A DNA stretch of 34,151 bases, taken from an uncultured Lachnospiraceae bacterium. Lineage in GTDB: Bacteria; Bacillota; Clostridia; Oscillospirales; CAG-272. Positions 1-8,622 of the stretch are shown here, piece after piece (positions within the stretch are counted from its first letter, which is position 1; every line of letters begins with the position of its first letter). The notes under the pieces are model-generated. The model saw only the letters and a list, made by a program, of their open reading frames with translations. It was not told where the DNA came from and ran no database searches. The DNA lies in assembly GCA_964580615.1 (NCBI GenBank), contig CAZOMK010000001.1, forward strand, positions 1 through 34,151, written 5' to 3'. Both the position numbers and the translations under genes were made by a program.

Positions 1-5
1 CGGAA

Positions 6-272
6 TTACTTTCTGATTCCGAGCTTTGCAATGATCGCGCGGTAACGCTCGATATCTACCTTCTGGAGGTAGCCAAGAAGGTTACGGCGATGACCTACCA
101 TCTTAAGAAGACCTCTTCTGCTGTGGTGGTCCTTCTTGTTTACCTTGAGATGCTCGGTAAGAGAGTTGATTCTCGCGGTAAGAATAGCGATCTGTACTTC
201 GGGGGAACCTGTGTCGCCCTCATGAACAGCGTATTCTTCGATGATTGCCTGCTTTTCAGCCTTTGTGATCAT
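6..272 (-). CDS. rpsO: 30S ribosomal protein S15
   Basis: The translation carries the canonical S15 core ([49 protein letters not shown]). The ORF-track start at 281 is a GTG inside the RBS. The ATG at 272 lies 6 nt after GAGGTG (+ strand 279-284) and gives 88 aa. Confidence 0.95.
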   Translation of the reverse strand: MITKAEKQAIIEEYAVHEGDTGSPEVQIAILTARINSLTEHLKVNKKDHHSRRGLLKMVGHRRNLLGYLQKVDIERYRAIIAKLGIRK

Positions 273-356
273 AATTTTCACCTCATAAAAATATTAGCAG
301 ATCGACTCAGCGCGCGGTGGGTGAAGGATCTTTATCCGCACACCGTGCCGACAGCG
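273..356 (-). promoter_or_regulatory. rpsO 5' leader, candidate S15 autoregulatory RNA
   Basis: An ~80-nt leader lies between the predicted -10 and the ATG. It contains the hairpin GGAU-AAAG-AUCC. A UUCACC segment (+ 325-320) is exactly complementary to the SD region GGUGAA (+ 282-277) and can also pair with an upstream GGUG. Confidence 0.35.
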
Positions 357-362
357 GAAGTA

Positions 363-391
363 ATTATATCACGAAAAATTCGTTTTGTAAA
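363..391 (-). promoter_or_regulatory. sigA-type promoter of rpsO
   Basis: The minus strand reads TTTACA (391-386), a 17-nt spacer, then TATAAT (368-363). Confidence 0.6.
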
Positions 392-457
392 TACGATCTT
401 TAAGAAAAAAGCGCATCCTTTCGATCCATTTTCCGACTTTCGACAAAAATTTACATT

Positions 458-820
458 TTATTTTTCGTCGCCGCTCTTCTTTTTGAACAGCGACACCGTT
501 CCGGACGCCGCAAAAAACGCGCCGAGTATAACGCGAAGCGCGTTCGGATGAGTGCTTGCGGCGACAAGCACCCCGAAAAACGCGCCCGCCACGCCGCCGA
601 AAGCAAGCAGCAGGACTGCGCGAAGCGAAAGCTTCCGCTTTTGTATGTGTACAGTGAGCGACGACGCCGACGCAAGCATGAAAAAGCAAAGATTGACAAG
701 CTGCGCCGTATGCTGCGGGACGTCCGCCGCCAAGGTCAAATATATCAAAAAAAGTCCACCTCCGCCGACCCCCATCCCGGCGAGCGCGGAGGTAAAAAAC
801 GCCGCCAAAGCCGCAAGCAT
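458..820 (-). CDS. half-size TSUP (TauE/SafE-like) membrane protein, downstream half
   Basis: MLAALAAFFTSALAGMGVGGGGLFLIYL... has the G-x-GGG motif and about 4 hydrophobic helices. Its ATG (820-818) overlaps the stop of the upstream half as TGATG. The longer track ORF (to 892) is an N-terminal over-extension. Confidence 0.8.
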   Translation of the reverse strand: MLAALAAFFTSALAGMGVGGGGLFLIYLTLAADVPQHTAQLVNLCFFMLASASSLTVHIQKRKLSLRAVLLLAFGGVAGAFFGVLVAASTHPNALRVILGAFFAASGTVSLFKKKSGDEK

Positions 821-1212
821 CACGTCACCCCCGAAAGCACAAGCGAAATCCCCGCCCACGTCATGAGCAGAGCGAATATCTTTTTCACCCAAAACACATC
901 GAGCTTGTCAAGCAGGATCGCACCGACGGCGCCGCCCGCAAGCGCCGGCAAAACAAGCGATCCGACGCCCTCCGTCGTTGCATCGGTGCGAAAAACATAC
1001 ATCGCGGCGGAAACAGCCGAGACAGGCAAAACAGCCGCAACGGAAACGGCAAACACATCCCTTCCGTCGCAGTCAGAGCTGTCTTTCATCAGCTTTCCCA
1101 AAAGCGAAACGATGATTATACCGCCGCCGCAACCCAAAAGTCCGTTCAAAAAGCCTGCCGCCGCACCGCCCGCAAGCAGTATGACGGGGACAGATATTTT
1201 TCGTTTTTTCAC
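820..1212 (-). CDS. half-size TSUP (TauE/SafE-like) membrane protein, upstream half
   Basis: ...AGGAAAGFLNGLLGCGGGIIIVSLLG... has about 4 helices. The likely start is GTG at 1212, 5 nt after GGAGG. The track TTG at 1224 overlaps that RBS, so the start is uncertain by about 4 codons. Confidence 0.8.
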   Translation of the reverse strand: MKKRKISVPVILLAGGAAAGFLNGLLGCGGGIIIVSLLGKLMKDSSDCDGRDVFAVSVAAVLPVSAVSAAMYVFRTDATTEGVGSLVLPALAGGAVGAILLDKLDVFWVKKIFALLMTWAGISLVLSGVT

Positions 1213-1269
1213 ACGCACCTCCAAATCGAGGATTATTTTTTAATTTACAATACTCCCCGTTAACTCCCC

Positions 1270-1298
1270 TTGTATTTTTGCTCAAAATCTGTTATTAT
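1270..1298 (+). promoter_or_regulatory. candidate promoter of the ftsK gene string
   Basis: TTGTAT (1270-1275), a 17-nt spacer, then TATTAT (1293-1298). Confidence 0.35.
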
Positions 1299-1383
1299 AT
1301 ACTTTGGATATGTATCCTTACGCGCCGTGCGTACCGATCATCAAGCGTAAAAGCACAATCGAAAGAAAGGCTTATATCATAAA

Positions 1384-4134
1384 ATGTCACAAAAAAATCA
1401 AGGCTCGCAAAAAAGCAGATCGACGGCAAAAAAAGCCGCCGAAAGCAAGGATAAAAGCAATTCAAGCAAAAAAAGCTCCGTAAAATCGGAGGATACAAAA
1501 AAGACCTCCGCGCCGAAGGAGCAAAAGCCGAAAAAGGAGCGCGATCCGCAAAGCACTCTCAATCAGATCCTGCCCTTCGTTTTCTTCGTATGCGCGATTC
1601 TCTCTCTGCTCATTCTCGTGCTAAACACAGACGGCTTCGTCGTCAAATTCATAAAGAGCATCTTTCTCGGACTGTTCTCCGCGGCGGCGTTTGTCGTTCC
1701 CGCGCTGTTCGTTTTGCTCGGCACGTTTTGGCAAACGGACATAATAACGGACAGACTTCGCCTTAAGCTTTGGTGCTCCGGCTTCTCGCTTGCGTTTGTC
1801 TCAATGCTTGTGCATATGTTCTTCTCCGGCGAAAAAATATTCAATCCCATCGAGCTTTACAAGCTCGGAAACACATACGGAAGCGGCGGCGTTATCGGCG
1901 GTCTTTTGGCGTCACTGCTCATGAGCGCCGTCGGCAAAACGATCGCCTTTATAATCATTTTTTCGGCGCTGTTCATCTCGGTTTTGCTCCTTTTCGGACT
2001 GACCCCACGCTCCGTTTACGTTTTCGTCGCGTATCACATCAAGCGCAGACGCGACAAAAAGCGCGAGGAAAAGGAGGCGCTTGCCGCCACAAATCGTGCA
2101 TCCGCGCCCAAGCCCGAGCCGGAGCGGATAAAGCAGCTTGACGAAATCCGAGAGGAAGAAAAAAAGCAACCGAAAAAATCAAGAAAGAACAAATTCGATC
2201 CCGACGTTGACATTTCATCTGACAATGCGAAAGAAAACGACGCCGACGAGGTCGATCGGGACGTGATCGATCAAAAGATCTTTGACGAGGTCATGAAGCG
2301 CACGCGCGAACGCTACGGCGATCAGAATTTCGCTTACGACACGCGCGGAGTTGAGGAAGAAAAGGCGGAGCTTTCATACGGATCCGCAGTCGCGCCTGCC
2401 GCACAGACTCCCGCCCCCACATCCGAAAAAACTCCCATCAAGCCTGTCTCGTCGGTGTCGGAAAACGGCGAAATTGACCTTTCGAAAATATTCGTCGATC
2501 CCGAAAAGATCGAGCATCTTGCCGCGGCGCAAGCCGAAGCCGTTGATGCGGACGAGCATCACGTGATCGAAGCCGAATGCGACATTGTTTCCGATCCGTC
2601 GGAGGATATCTCTGCGGAAAAAGAGGAGCCTGTCGTCGAAACTCCCGTTCCCGTGTACGAATTTCCGCCGACATCGATCCTTTCGCCCCCCGAAAAGCGC
2701 TCCGCCGCCGACATCGCGGAACTTAAAGAAAACTCTCAAAAGTTAGTTGACACGCTCCGCAGCTTTAACGTAAAGGCAAGAGTATCGGACGTCTCCTTCG
2801 GTCCGACGATAACGCGCTACGAGCTTGCTCCCGAAGCGGGCACGCGCGTTCGTTCGATCTCGAATTTGACGGAGGACATTGCCCTCGGACTTGCGGTGCC
2901 GAATGTGCGAATCGAAGCGCCGATCCCCGGCAAAGCCGCCGTCGGAATCGAAGTCCCGAACAAAAAGCGCGAAAACGTTTATTTGCGCTCGCTTATCGAA
3001 AACGATCTGTTCAAATCCTCCGGCAGCAGGCTCACAGCCGCGCTCGGCTCCGACGTTGCCGGCGCTCCCGTTTACTGCGACATTGCAAAAATGCCTCACC
3101 TGCTCGTTTCCGGCGCTACCGGTATGGGTAAATCGGTCTGCATCAACAGCATCATCGTAAGCTTGCTGTATAAATCGACTCCGCAGGAGATACGTCTGCT
3201 CATGATCGACCCGAAAAAGGTCGAGCTCAACATCTATAACGGAATTCCTCACCTGCACGTTCCCGTTGTGTCCGATGCGAAAAAGGCGGCGGGAACGCTC
3301 GCTTGGGCTGTCACCGAAATGGAACGCCGATATGAGCTTATCGAAAACGTCGGCGTCCGCAACATTCAAAATTACAACGAAATCACATACAACGATCCCG
3401 AAAAGGAATTTATGCCGCAGATGGTCATCATCATCGACGAGCTTGCCGATCTGATGATGACGGCGCCCGATGACGTCGAGACCTCGATCTGCCGCATCGC
3501 TCAGATGGGACGTGCCGCAGGCATCCACCTCATCATCGGTACTCAGCGTCCGTCCGTTGACGTCATAACAGGTCTTATCAAGGCAAATATCCCCTCGCGA
3601 ATCGCTTTCAAAATGGCTTCGCAGGTTGACAGCCGTACTGTAATCGACATCGCCGGCGCCGAGAAGCTTCTCGGACGCGGTGATATGCTCTACGCTCCCG
3701 TCGGCGTTATGAAACCGCAGAGAGTTCAGGGCGCTTTCGTCAGCGAAGCGGAGGTTCAAAAGGTCGTAGATTTCATCAAGGGCATCTTCCCTATGCCGCA
3801 GTACGACGAATCCGCCATAAACGGAATCGAGGAAGCGGCGGCGAGATGCGGTCAGAAAAAGGGTCGCGGAGCATCCGGCGACGCTTCGGACGGGCCTGTC
3901 GCAACGGACGATCCCATGCTGAAGCAGGCGCTTGAGCTTGCCGTTGAAACAGGCAAGATCTCAACGTCACTCATTCAAAGACGTCTTTCCCTCGGCTACG
4001 GACGCGCCGCAAAGCTCATCGACACAATGGAAGCGCGCGGCTACGTCAGTGCTCCCGACGGTCAGCGTCCGCGCGACGTGCTCATAACACGTCAGCAGTA
4101 TCAGGAGCTCGTTTTGCAAAACGAATTCGATTGA
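1384..4134 (+). CDS. ftsK: DNA translocase FtsK/SpoIIIE
   Basis: 916 aa. It has an N-terminal Lys/Ser-rich tail plus 4 TM helices and an acidic/Lys linker. Motifs present: Walker A GATGMGKS, Walker B IIIDELADLM, GTQRPSVDVITG, and a C-terminal gamma winged-helix (ISTSLIQRRLSLGYGRAAKLIDTMEARGYV). Confidence 0.95.
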   Translation: MSQKNQGSQKSRSTAKKAAESKDKSNSSKKSSVKSEDTKKTSAPKEQKPKKERDPQSTLNQILPFVFFVCAILSLLILVLNTDGFVVKFIKSIFLGLFSAAAFVVPALFVLLGTFWQTDIITDRLRLKLWCSGFSLAFVSMLVHMFFSGEKIFNPIELYKLGNTYGSGGVIGGLLASLLMSAVGKTIAFIIIFSALFISVLLLFGLTPRSVYVFVAYHIKRRRDKKREEKEALAATNRASAPKPEPERIKQLDEIREEEKKQPKKSRKNKFDPDVDISSDNAKENDADEVDRDVIDQKIFDEVMKRTRERYGDQNFAYDTRGVEEEKAELSYGSAVAPAAQTPAPTSEKTPIKPVSSVSENGEIDLSKIFVDPEKIEHLAAAQAEAVDADEHHVIEAECDIVSDPSEDISAEKEEPVVETPVPVYEFPPTSILSPPEKRSAADIAELKENSQKLVDTLRSFNVKARVSDVSFGPTITRYELAPEAGTRVRSISNLTEDIALGLAVPNVRIEAPIPGKAAVGIEVPNKKRENVYLRSLIENDLFKSSGSRLTAALGSDVAGAPVYCDIAKMPHLLVSGATGMGKSVCINSIIVSLLYKSTPQEIRLLMIDPKKVELNIYNGIPHLHVPVVSDAKKAAGTLAWAVTEMERRYELIENVGVRNIQNYNEITYNDPEKEFMPQMVIIIDELADLMMTAPDDVETSICRIAQMGRAAGIHLIIGTQRPSVDVITGLIKANIPSRIAFKMASQVDSRTVIDIAGAEKLLGRGDMLYAPVGVMKPQRVQGAFVSEAEVQKVVDFIKGIFPMPQYDESAINGIEEAAARCGQKKGRGASGDASDGPVATDDPMLKQALELAVETGKISTSLIQRRLSLGYGRAAKLIDTMEARGYVSAPDGQRPRDVLITRQQYQELVLQNEFD

Positions 4135-4163
4135 TAAATTACTTTTTCTTAAGGAGATTATTT

Positions 4164-4490
4164 ATGTCCGCCGAGTATAAATATTGCCCGAAATGCCATA
4201 TAATCAACTCACCGTCGGCAGAGCGCTGTGAATGCGGTCACTGCTTCGCAACGGACGGCGCAGCTCTTTCGGAAGCGGAGTTGAACGCAATAATAAAAAA
4301 GAAAAAAGGACGCAGACGTATGCTTTCCGCCGTTGTTTACACCTTCATTATCGTATTCATGCTTTTCGCAATCAAATACGGCTTCAAGGTCGTTTTGATC
4401 GCGTTTGCGGCAGCGGCTGTTCTTCTTGTGCTCATCTGCATCGCGTACAGAATCAAAAGTCACTACGACAGAAAAAGGCTCGGTAACTGA
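4164..4490 (+). CDS. zinc-ribbon membrane protein, function unknown
   Basis: AAGGAG (4151-4156) lies 7 nt before the ATG at 4164. It has CPKC...CECGHC followed by a basic patch and two TM helices. The track ORF from 4131 is an over-extension. Confidence 0.6.
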   Translation: MSAEYKYCPKCHIINSPSAERCECGHCFATDGAALSEAELNAIIKKKKGRRRMLSAVVYTFIIVFMLFAIKYGFKVVLIAFAAAAVLLVLICIAYRIKSHYDRKRLGN

Positions 4491-4493
4491 CCT

Positions 4494-5165
4494 ATGGGAT
4501 ATTTGATTGCAATAGATGGGCTTGACGGCTCCGGAAAGAAAACTCAAAGCGACCGTTTGACCGAGCATCTCAGGTCAAAGGGCGTCAAGGTTCGTGAGCT
4601 CGATTTCCCGATGTACGACAGCGACAGCTCTTATTTTGTTAAAATGTATCTGAACGGCGAGCTCGGTAACGATCCCTCCGAAACAAACGCCTTTGCCGCG
4701 TCGATGTTTTTCGCCGCCGACAGATATGTTTCTTTCAGACGTGATTGGAAAAAAGACTATCTTGACCCCGACACCGTCATCATCGCCAACAGATATACGA
4801 CCGCCAATGCAATCCATCAGCTCTCAAAGCTTCTCGAAAACGAATGGGATGACTTCATCGAATGGCTGACAAGCTTCGAATTTTCACGGCTCGGTCTTCC
4901 CGCGCCCGATCTCGTGCTTTTCCTTGAGCTTCCTCCCGAACTCTCGCTTTCAATGGTGGACAGTCGCTCGAACGCAACGGGACGAGCAAAGGATATTCAC
5001 GAGCTTCACCCCGAGCACATGAAAAAAAGTCATCGCGCGGGGCTTTATGCCTCCGAAAAGCTCGGCTGGCACCGCATATCATGCGCGGACGAGTCCGGCA
5101 GCGCAATGCGAAGCCGCGACGATATCTTCCGCGAGGTCATTGACGCCGTCGAAAAGCTGATCTGA
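4494..5165 (+). CDS. thymidylate kinase-like nucleotide kinase
   Basis: It has a P-loop (IAIDGLDGSGKKTQ) and a DRY-type motif (AADRYVSF), and its size (223 aa) fits the dTMP kinase fold family. I cannot tell whether it is the canonical tmk or a paralogue. Confidence 0.75.
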   Translation: MGYLIAIDGLDGSGKKTQSDRLTEHLRSKGVKVRELDFPMYDSDSSYFVKMYLNGELGNDPSETNAFAASMFFAADRYVSFRRDWKKDYLDPDTVIIANRYTTANAIHQLSKLLENEWDDFIEWLTSFEFSRLGLPAPDLVLFLELPPELSLSMVDSRSNATGRAKDIHELHPEHMKKSHRAGLYASEKLGWHRISCADESGSAMRSRDDIFREVIDAVEKLI

Positions 5166-5195
5166 TCGGAATAACGAACGAAACGGAGTTTTTTT

Positions 5196-5747
5196 ATGAT
5201 ATATTTATTTCTCGCAAACGGATTTGAGGAAACAGAGGCTATATCTCCGCTCGATCTTTTGAGACGCGCCGGAGTAAACGTCAAAACAGTTGCCGTCGGC
5301 ACAAAAAACGGCGATCTGACGGTGACGGGCGCACATTCGATCAAGCTCGTTGCGGATATGCATGAATCGGAAATCGATCCCGACAGTGCGGACGGTGTGA
5401 TCCTCCCCGGAGGACTCCCCGGCGCGGACAATCTGTACGCATCCGAATACGTCGCCTCCGCGCTCGATTCGGCATACAAAAGAGGTGCCGTCATCGGTGC
5501 GATCTGCGCCGCGCCGTACATTTTGGGCAAGCGCGCCTACCTTGACGGCAAGCGCGCCGTTTGCTTCCCCGGCTATGAGACCGATCTCGTCGGCGCAACA
5601 GTTACAGACGCTCCCGCCGTTATCGACGGAAACATAATAACCGGCAAAGCAATGGGCGCCGCGATCCCATTCGGGCTTGCGCTTGTCAGCGTGCTTTGCG
5701 GAAAGGAGACTGCGGACAGAATAGCGTCCGCAATACATTCAAAATGA
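5196..5747 (+). CDS. DJ-1/PfpI (ThiJ) family protein
   Basis: It has GFEETEAISPLDLLRRAG, ILPGG and the nucleophile elbow GAICAAP. The RBS ACGGAG lies 7 nt upstream. Confidence 0.9.
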   Translation: MIYLFLANGFEETEAISPLDLLRRAGVNVKTVAVGTKNGDLTVTGAHSIKLVADMHESEIDPDSADGVILPGGLPGADNLYASEYVASALDSAYKRGAVIGAICAAPYILGKRAYLDGKRAVCFPGYETDLVGATVTDAPAVIDGNIITGKAMGAAIPFGLALVSVLCGKETADRIASAIHSK

Positions 5748-6343
5748 GCTACATGAAAAATCAAAAAGCGGAAATCCGCGAGCAAATACTCGAAAAAAGA
5801 AAGAACGTCCCCGCCGAAAGGATCCGCGAAATGAGCGATGCGATCTGCAAGCGCGCCGCCGCACTTTCCGGCTTCCGCCTTGCCGAAACTGTGCTTCTTT
5901 ACGCACCGAAAGAAATTGAGGTGGACGTGCTTCCGCTTGCAAAGCTTGCGCTTGCCGAGGGCAAAAGAGTCGCATTCCCGAAATGTCGTCGCTCCGACGA
6001 GGGATATTCATACATGACATATCATCTTGTTTCAAGCCTTGACGAGCTTTCCCCCGGCTACTTCGGCATACTTGAGCCCGCCGACGACGCTCCCGTTTAC
6101 GATATCAAATCCGACACGCACCCCTCCATCGCCTTCGCACCCGCGCTCGCCTTTGACAAGCACGGCTATCGTCTCGGCTACGGCGGAGGCTACTACGACA
6201 GATATTTCAACACGTATAACGGCTCCGTGATCGGTGTTATATTTTCGGAATTCATCCTTCCGTCGCTTCCGCACGGAAAATATGACATAAAGGCAGGACT
6301 TCTCATAACCGAAAAAGGAGTGAGCGTCGCACTTGAATACTAA
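5744..6343 (+). CDS. 5-formyltetrahydrofolate cyclo-ligase
   Basis: It has KAEIREQILEKRKN, GILEP and YRLGYGGGYYDRYF. Its ATG at 5744 overlaps the DJ-1 stop as ATGA. The track ORF from 5696 is over-extended. Confidence 0.9.
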   Translation: MSYMKNQKAEIREQILEKRKNVPAERIREMSDAICKRAAALSGFRLAETVLLYAPKEIEVDVLPLAKLALAEGKRVAFPKCRRSDEGYSYMTYHLVSSLDELSPGYFGILEPADDAPVYDIKSDTHPSIAFAPALAFDKHGYRLGYGGGYYDRYFNTYNGSVIGVIFSEFILPSLPHGKYDIKAGLLITEKGVSVALEY

Positions 6344-7229
6344 AGGCATAAATGCGGCACCTGCGCTCGTTGCCGTTATATATATCCTGCTTTTGATTTC
6401 GGGAATGTGGTCGCCGTCACCGACGGACGAAAACCCCTACCTTTCCGTCATCGTGATCGAGCTTTTGACCTTTGTTTTGCCGGCGCTGTTCTTTCTGCGT
6501 CTGCGCGGACAAAAATACGCAAGACGGGCGCGAGTTCGTCTGTTTGAGCCGGGCGCCGTGCCGTTTATCGTAACGGCTTCCCTGGCGCTGATGCTCGTTT
6601 CGTGCGTGCTCAAGCTTGCGACGTACGCGGTGTTCGACTATTCCCTTGACGTAACGGATACATACACCTCGTACATATCGTCATCGCCCTCAGGCTCGGA
6701 GCTTTTGTTTTCGGCTCTTGCGTTCGCCGTTTTCCCCGCGATAACAGAGGAGCTTGTATTCCGCGGGATCGTTTTGACCGAATACGAGGAATGCGGCACT
6801 GTCAGCGCCGTCATTATCAGCTCCCTGCTCTTTGCAATGCTTCACTTCGATCTCAAGCTGTTCGCCGTATATTTCGTATCCGGAGTTCTTTTGGCTGTCT
6901 CCGCTTACGCCTGCCGCTCCATAATCGCTCCGATCATAATCCACACGCTGAATAACGTTTTCAGTCTGTTTTTCGAAAGCTACATCTGGAACAGCATTCT
7001 TCAGCCCCGAAATATCGTTATATTTTCATTCGTCGCCGTATCGCTTCTTCTGATCTCACTCATGCTTCTTTTCGGAGAAGCAAGCAGACTTTACAGATCC
7101 TACGGCAACTTCGGCGCCGACAGCTCATACGTACTGAAAAAAAGCGAACGCACTCCCGTTTCGATCGCTCTTATGTCAGTTCCGTTCGCCGTCTGCGTGC
7201 TGATATTTGTTTTTTCCGTCTTGATATGA
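6333..7229 (+). CDS. CPBP (CAAX-type) intramembrane metalloprotease family protein
   Basis: A multi-TM protein with ITEELVFRG, LLFAMLHF and IIHTLNN motifs. The start is TTG at 6333, with AAAGGAG 12 nt upstream, so the start is uncertain. Confidence 0.85.
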   Translation: MNTKGINAAPALVAVIYILLLISGMWSPSPTDENPYLSVIVIELLTFVLPALFFLRLRGQKYARRARVRLFEPGAVPFIVTASLALMLVSCVLKLATYAVFDYSLDVTDTYTSYISSSPSGSELLFSALAFAVFPAITEELVFRGIVLTEYEECGTVSAVIISSLLFAMLHFDLKLFAVYFVSGVLLAVSAYACRSIIAPIIIHTLNNVFSLFFESYIWNSILQPRNIVIFSFVAVSLLLISLMLLFGEASRLYRSYGNFGADSSYVLKKSERTPVSIALMSVPFAVCVLIFVFSVLI

Positions 7230-7260
7230 CAAAAATCTCCCGAAAGGAGAATAAGTAATA

Positions 7261-8595
7261 ATGAACAACTCTCCCGAAAAAAATCCCGCCGCTAAATCCG
7301 AAAATGCCGCTCCGAAAAAGCCCGTCGGCAAAATGCAGTCGTTTTTGAACGGCTTGCGCGGAAAAAGCAAGCGTGAAGAACCCGAAAAAGCTCTCCCCGA
7401 CGCTGTCGAAGTCAGTGAACCCGAAAAGAAAGGCAAACGGAAGGAGTCGGCGGCAAGCCGCGCCGCAACGGGAACCGTCATCGGCGTGATCAAATGCGTC
7501 GTATATATATTTTCCGTCATCGCGGCAGGCATTTGCATTGCCATATTCGCCGTGATCCCGATAGCAAACGATGTTTTCGCGTTCAAAAAAGACGAAAAGA
7601 TCGTCGAGATCACCGTCCCGGAGCTTGCAACGATCAACGACATAAGCGAGCTGCTTTACGAAAACGGTCTTATCTCGTATCCGGAAATATTCCGCATATA
7701 CGCCTCCATCAGTCATGATGACGGTGAATTTATCGCCGGCGATTATACCCTCTCCTCAACGCTGAATTACGACGATCTGCTCGCGTCCTTTAAGCCCGGA
7801 TACTCACGCGAGGTCGTTTCCGTAACATTCCCCGAGGGCTTTTCGACAGACGAGATCATAGATCGCTTCGTCGAAAACGGAATCGGCACAAGGGAAGGCT
7901 TCGTTGCCGCGCTGAACGAATACAATTGGAGCGAGGATTACAGCTTTTGGTTCGTCGATGAGCTCATGGAAAACGGCTATTCGGAGGATCGTTTTTACCG
8001 TCTCGACGGTTATCTGTATCCCGACACCTACTATTTTTACACGGACACAACAGAGGTTGAGGCAATTGCGAAATTGCTTGCCAACTTCGAATCAAAATTC
8101 CCCGAAACATATCGCGACGTTGCCAAGGAGCTCGGCTACACTGTCGATGACATTATAATAATGGCGTCGCTCGTTGAGTGCGAGGCAGGATACCTGTCAG
8201 AATATTCGCTCGTGTCGTCCGTTTTCCACAACAGACTGAAAAACAGCGCATATTATCCCTACCTCGATTCGGACGCAACAATAGTTTACGCGATCCTGCA
8301 TGATACGGGCGAGCGTCCAGAAAAGCTCACCGAAACGACATACGAATCGCCCTACAACACCTATCAGAACCGCGGTCTGCCGCCCGGCCCGATATCGAAT
8401 CCCGGTTATAACGCGATAACGTATGCACTTTACCCGAAAACAACCGATTACTTCTATTTTGTCGCAAACAATGACGGATATTCCGTTTTCTCGAAAACGC
8501 TGGCGGAGCATCAGAAGGCTACCACCGACGTTTTGAACGGCACCGCTATCTCAACGATTTTCCAAGGCGTCAGCGATGACGACGATGATGATTGA
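7261..8595 (+). CDS. mltG: endolytic murein transglycosylase MltG (YceG-like)
   Basis: It has one TM helix after a Lys/Glu-rich N-terminus. YceG motifs are present: ASLVECEAG and PYNTYQNRGLPPGPISNPG. It ends in six Asp residues. Confidence 0.9.
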   Translation: MNNSPEKNPAAKSENAAPKKPVGKMQSFLNGLRGKSKREEPEKALPDAVEVSEPEKKGKRKESAASRAATGTVIGVIKCVVYIFSVIAAGICIAIFAVIPIANDVFAFKKDEKIVEITVPELATINDISELLYENGLISYPEIFRIYASISHDDGEFIAGDYTLSSTLNYDDLLASFKPGYSREVVSVTFPEGFSTDEIIDRFVENGIGTREGFVAALNEYNWSEDYSFWFVDELMENGYSEDRFYRLDGYLYPDTYYFYTDTTEVEAIAKLLANFESKFPETYRDVAKELGYTVDDIIIMASLVECEAGYLSEYSLVSSVFHNRLKNSAYYPYLDSDATIVYAILHDTGERPEKLTETTYESPYNTYQNRGLPPGPISNPGYNAITYALYPKTTDYFYFVANNDGYSVFSKTLAEHQKATTDVLNGTAISTIFQGVSDDDDDD

Positions 8596-8622
8596 TCGAT
8601 TGATCATCTTTGAGGTAAGAAA

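Noticed and set aside
1285-1325. AT-rich stretch next to ftsK (TCTGTTATTATATACTTTGGATATGTATCC), considered as a possible dif/Xer recombination site.
   Set aside because: It does not match the Firmicutes dif consensus as I remember it, which has two 11-nt arms around a 6-nt TATATA-type core. It is better explained as the -10 region of the ftsK promoter.
2743-3759. Long antisense or alternate-frame ORFs: 548..1243 (+), 2743..3759 (-), 10673..11380 (-), 11528..12562 (-), 15315..16838 (-, 507 aa), 17278..18141 (-), 22224..22991 (+, alternate frame), 28098..28784 (-).
   Set aside because: Each lies entirely inside a well-supported gene that has family motifs, an RBS and operon context, on the opposite strand or in another frame. 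Their translations are Arg/Val/Ala-rich low-information sequence with no RBS or motifs. This is the typical shadow-ORF pattern of GC-rich third-position bias.
4131-4163. N-terminal extensions of track ORFs: starts at 281, 892, 1224, 4131, 5696, 9566, 10615, 10718, 23415, 29635 and 29690.
   Set aside because: In each case an internal ATG or GTG 5-12 nt downstream of a GGAGG-like RBS begins the recognisable protein (signal peptide or family N-terminus). These internal starts often overlap the upstream stop codon. The extensions overlap upstream genes or promoters.
8575-8610. GATGAT...ATCATC inverted repeat spanning the mltG stop codon, considered as a hairpin or attenuator.
   Set aside because: The stem is only 6 bp with mismatches beyond it and has no T tract. 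It is largely a by-product of the Asp codon run.
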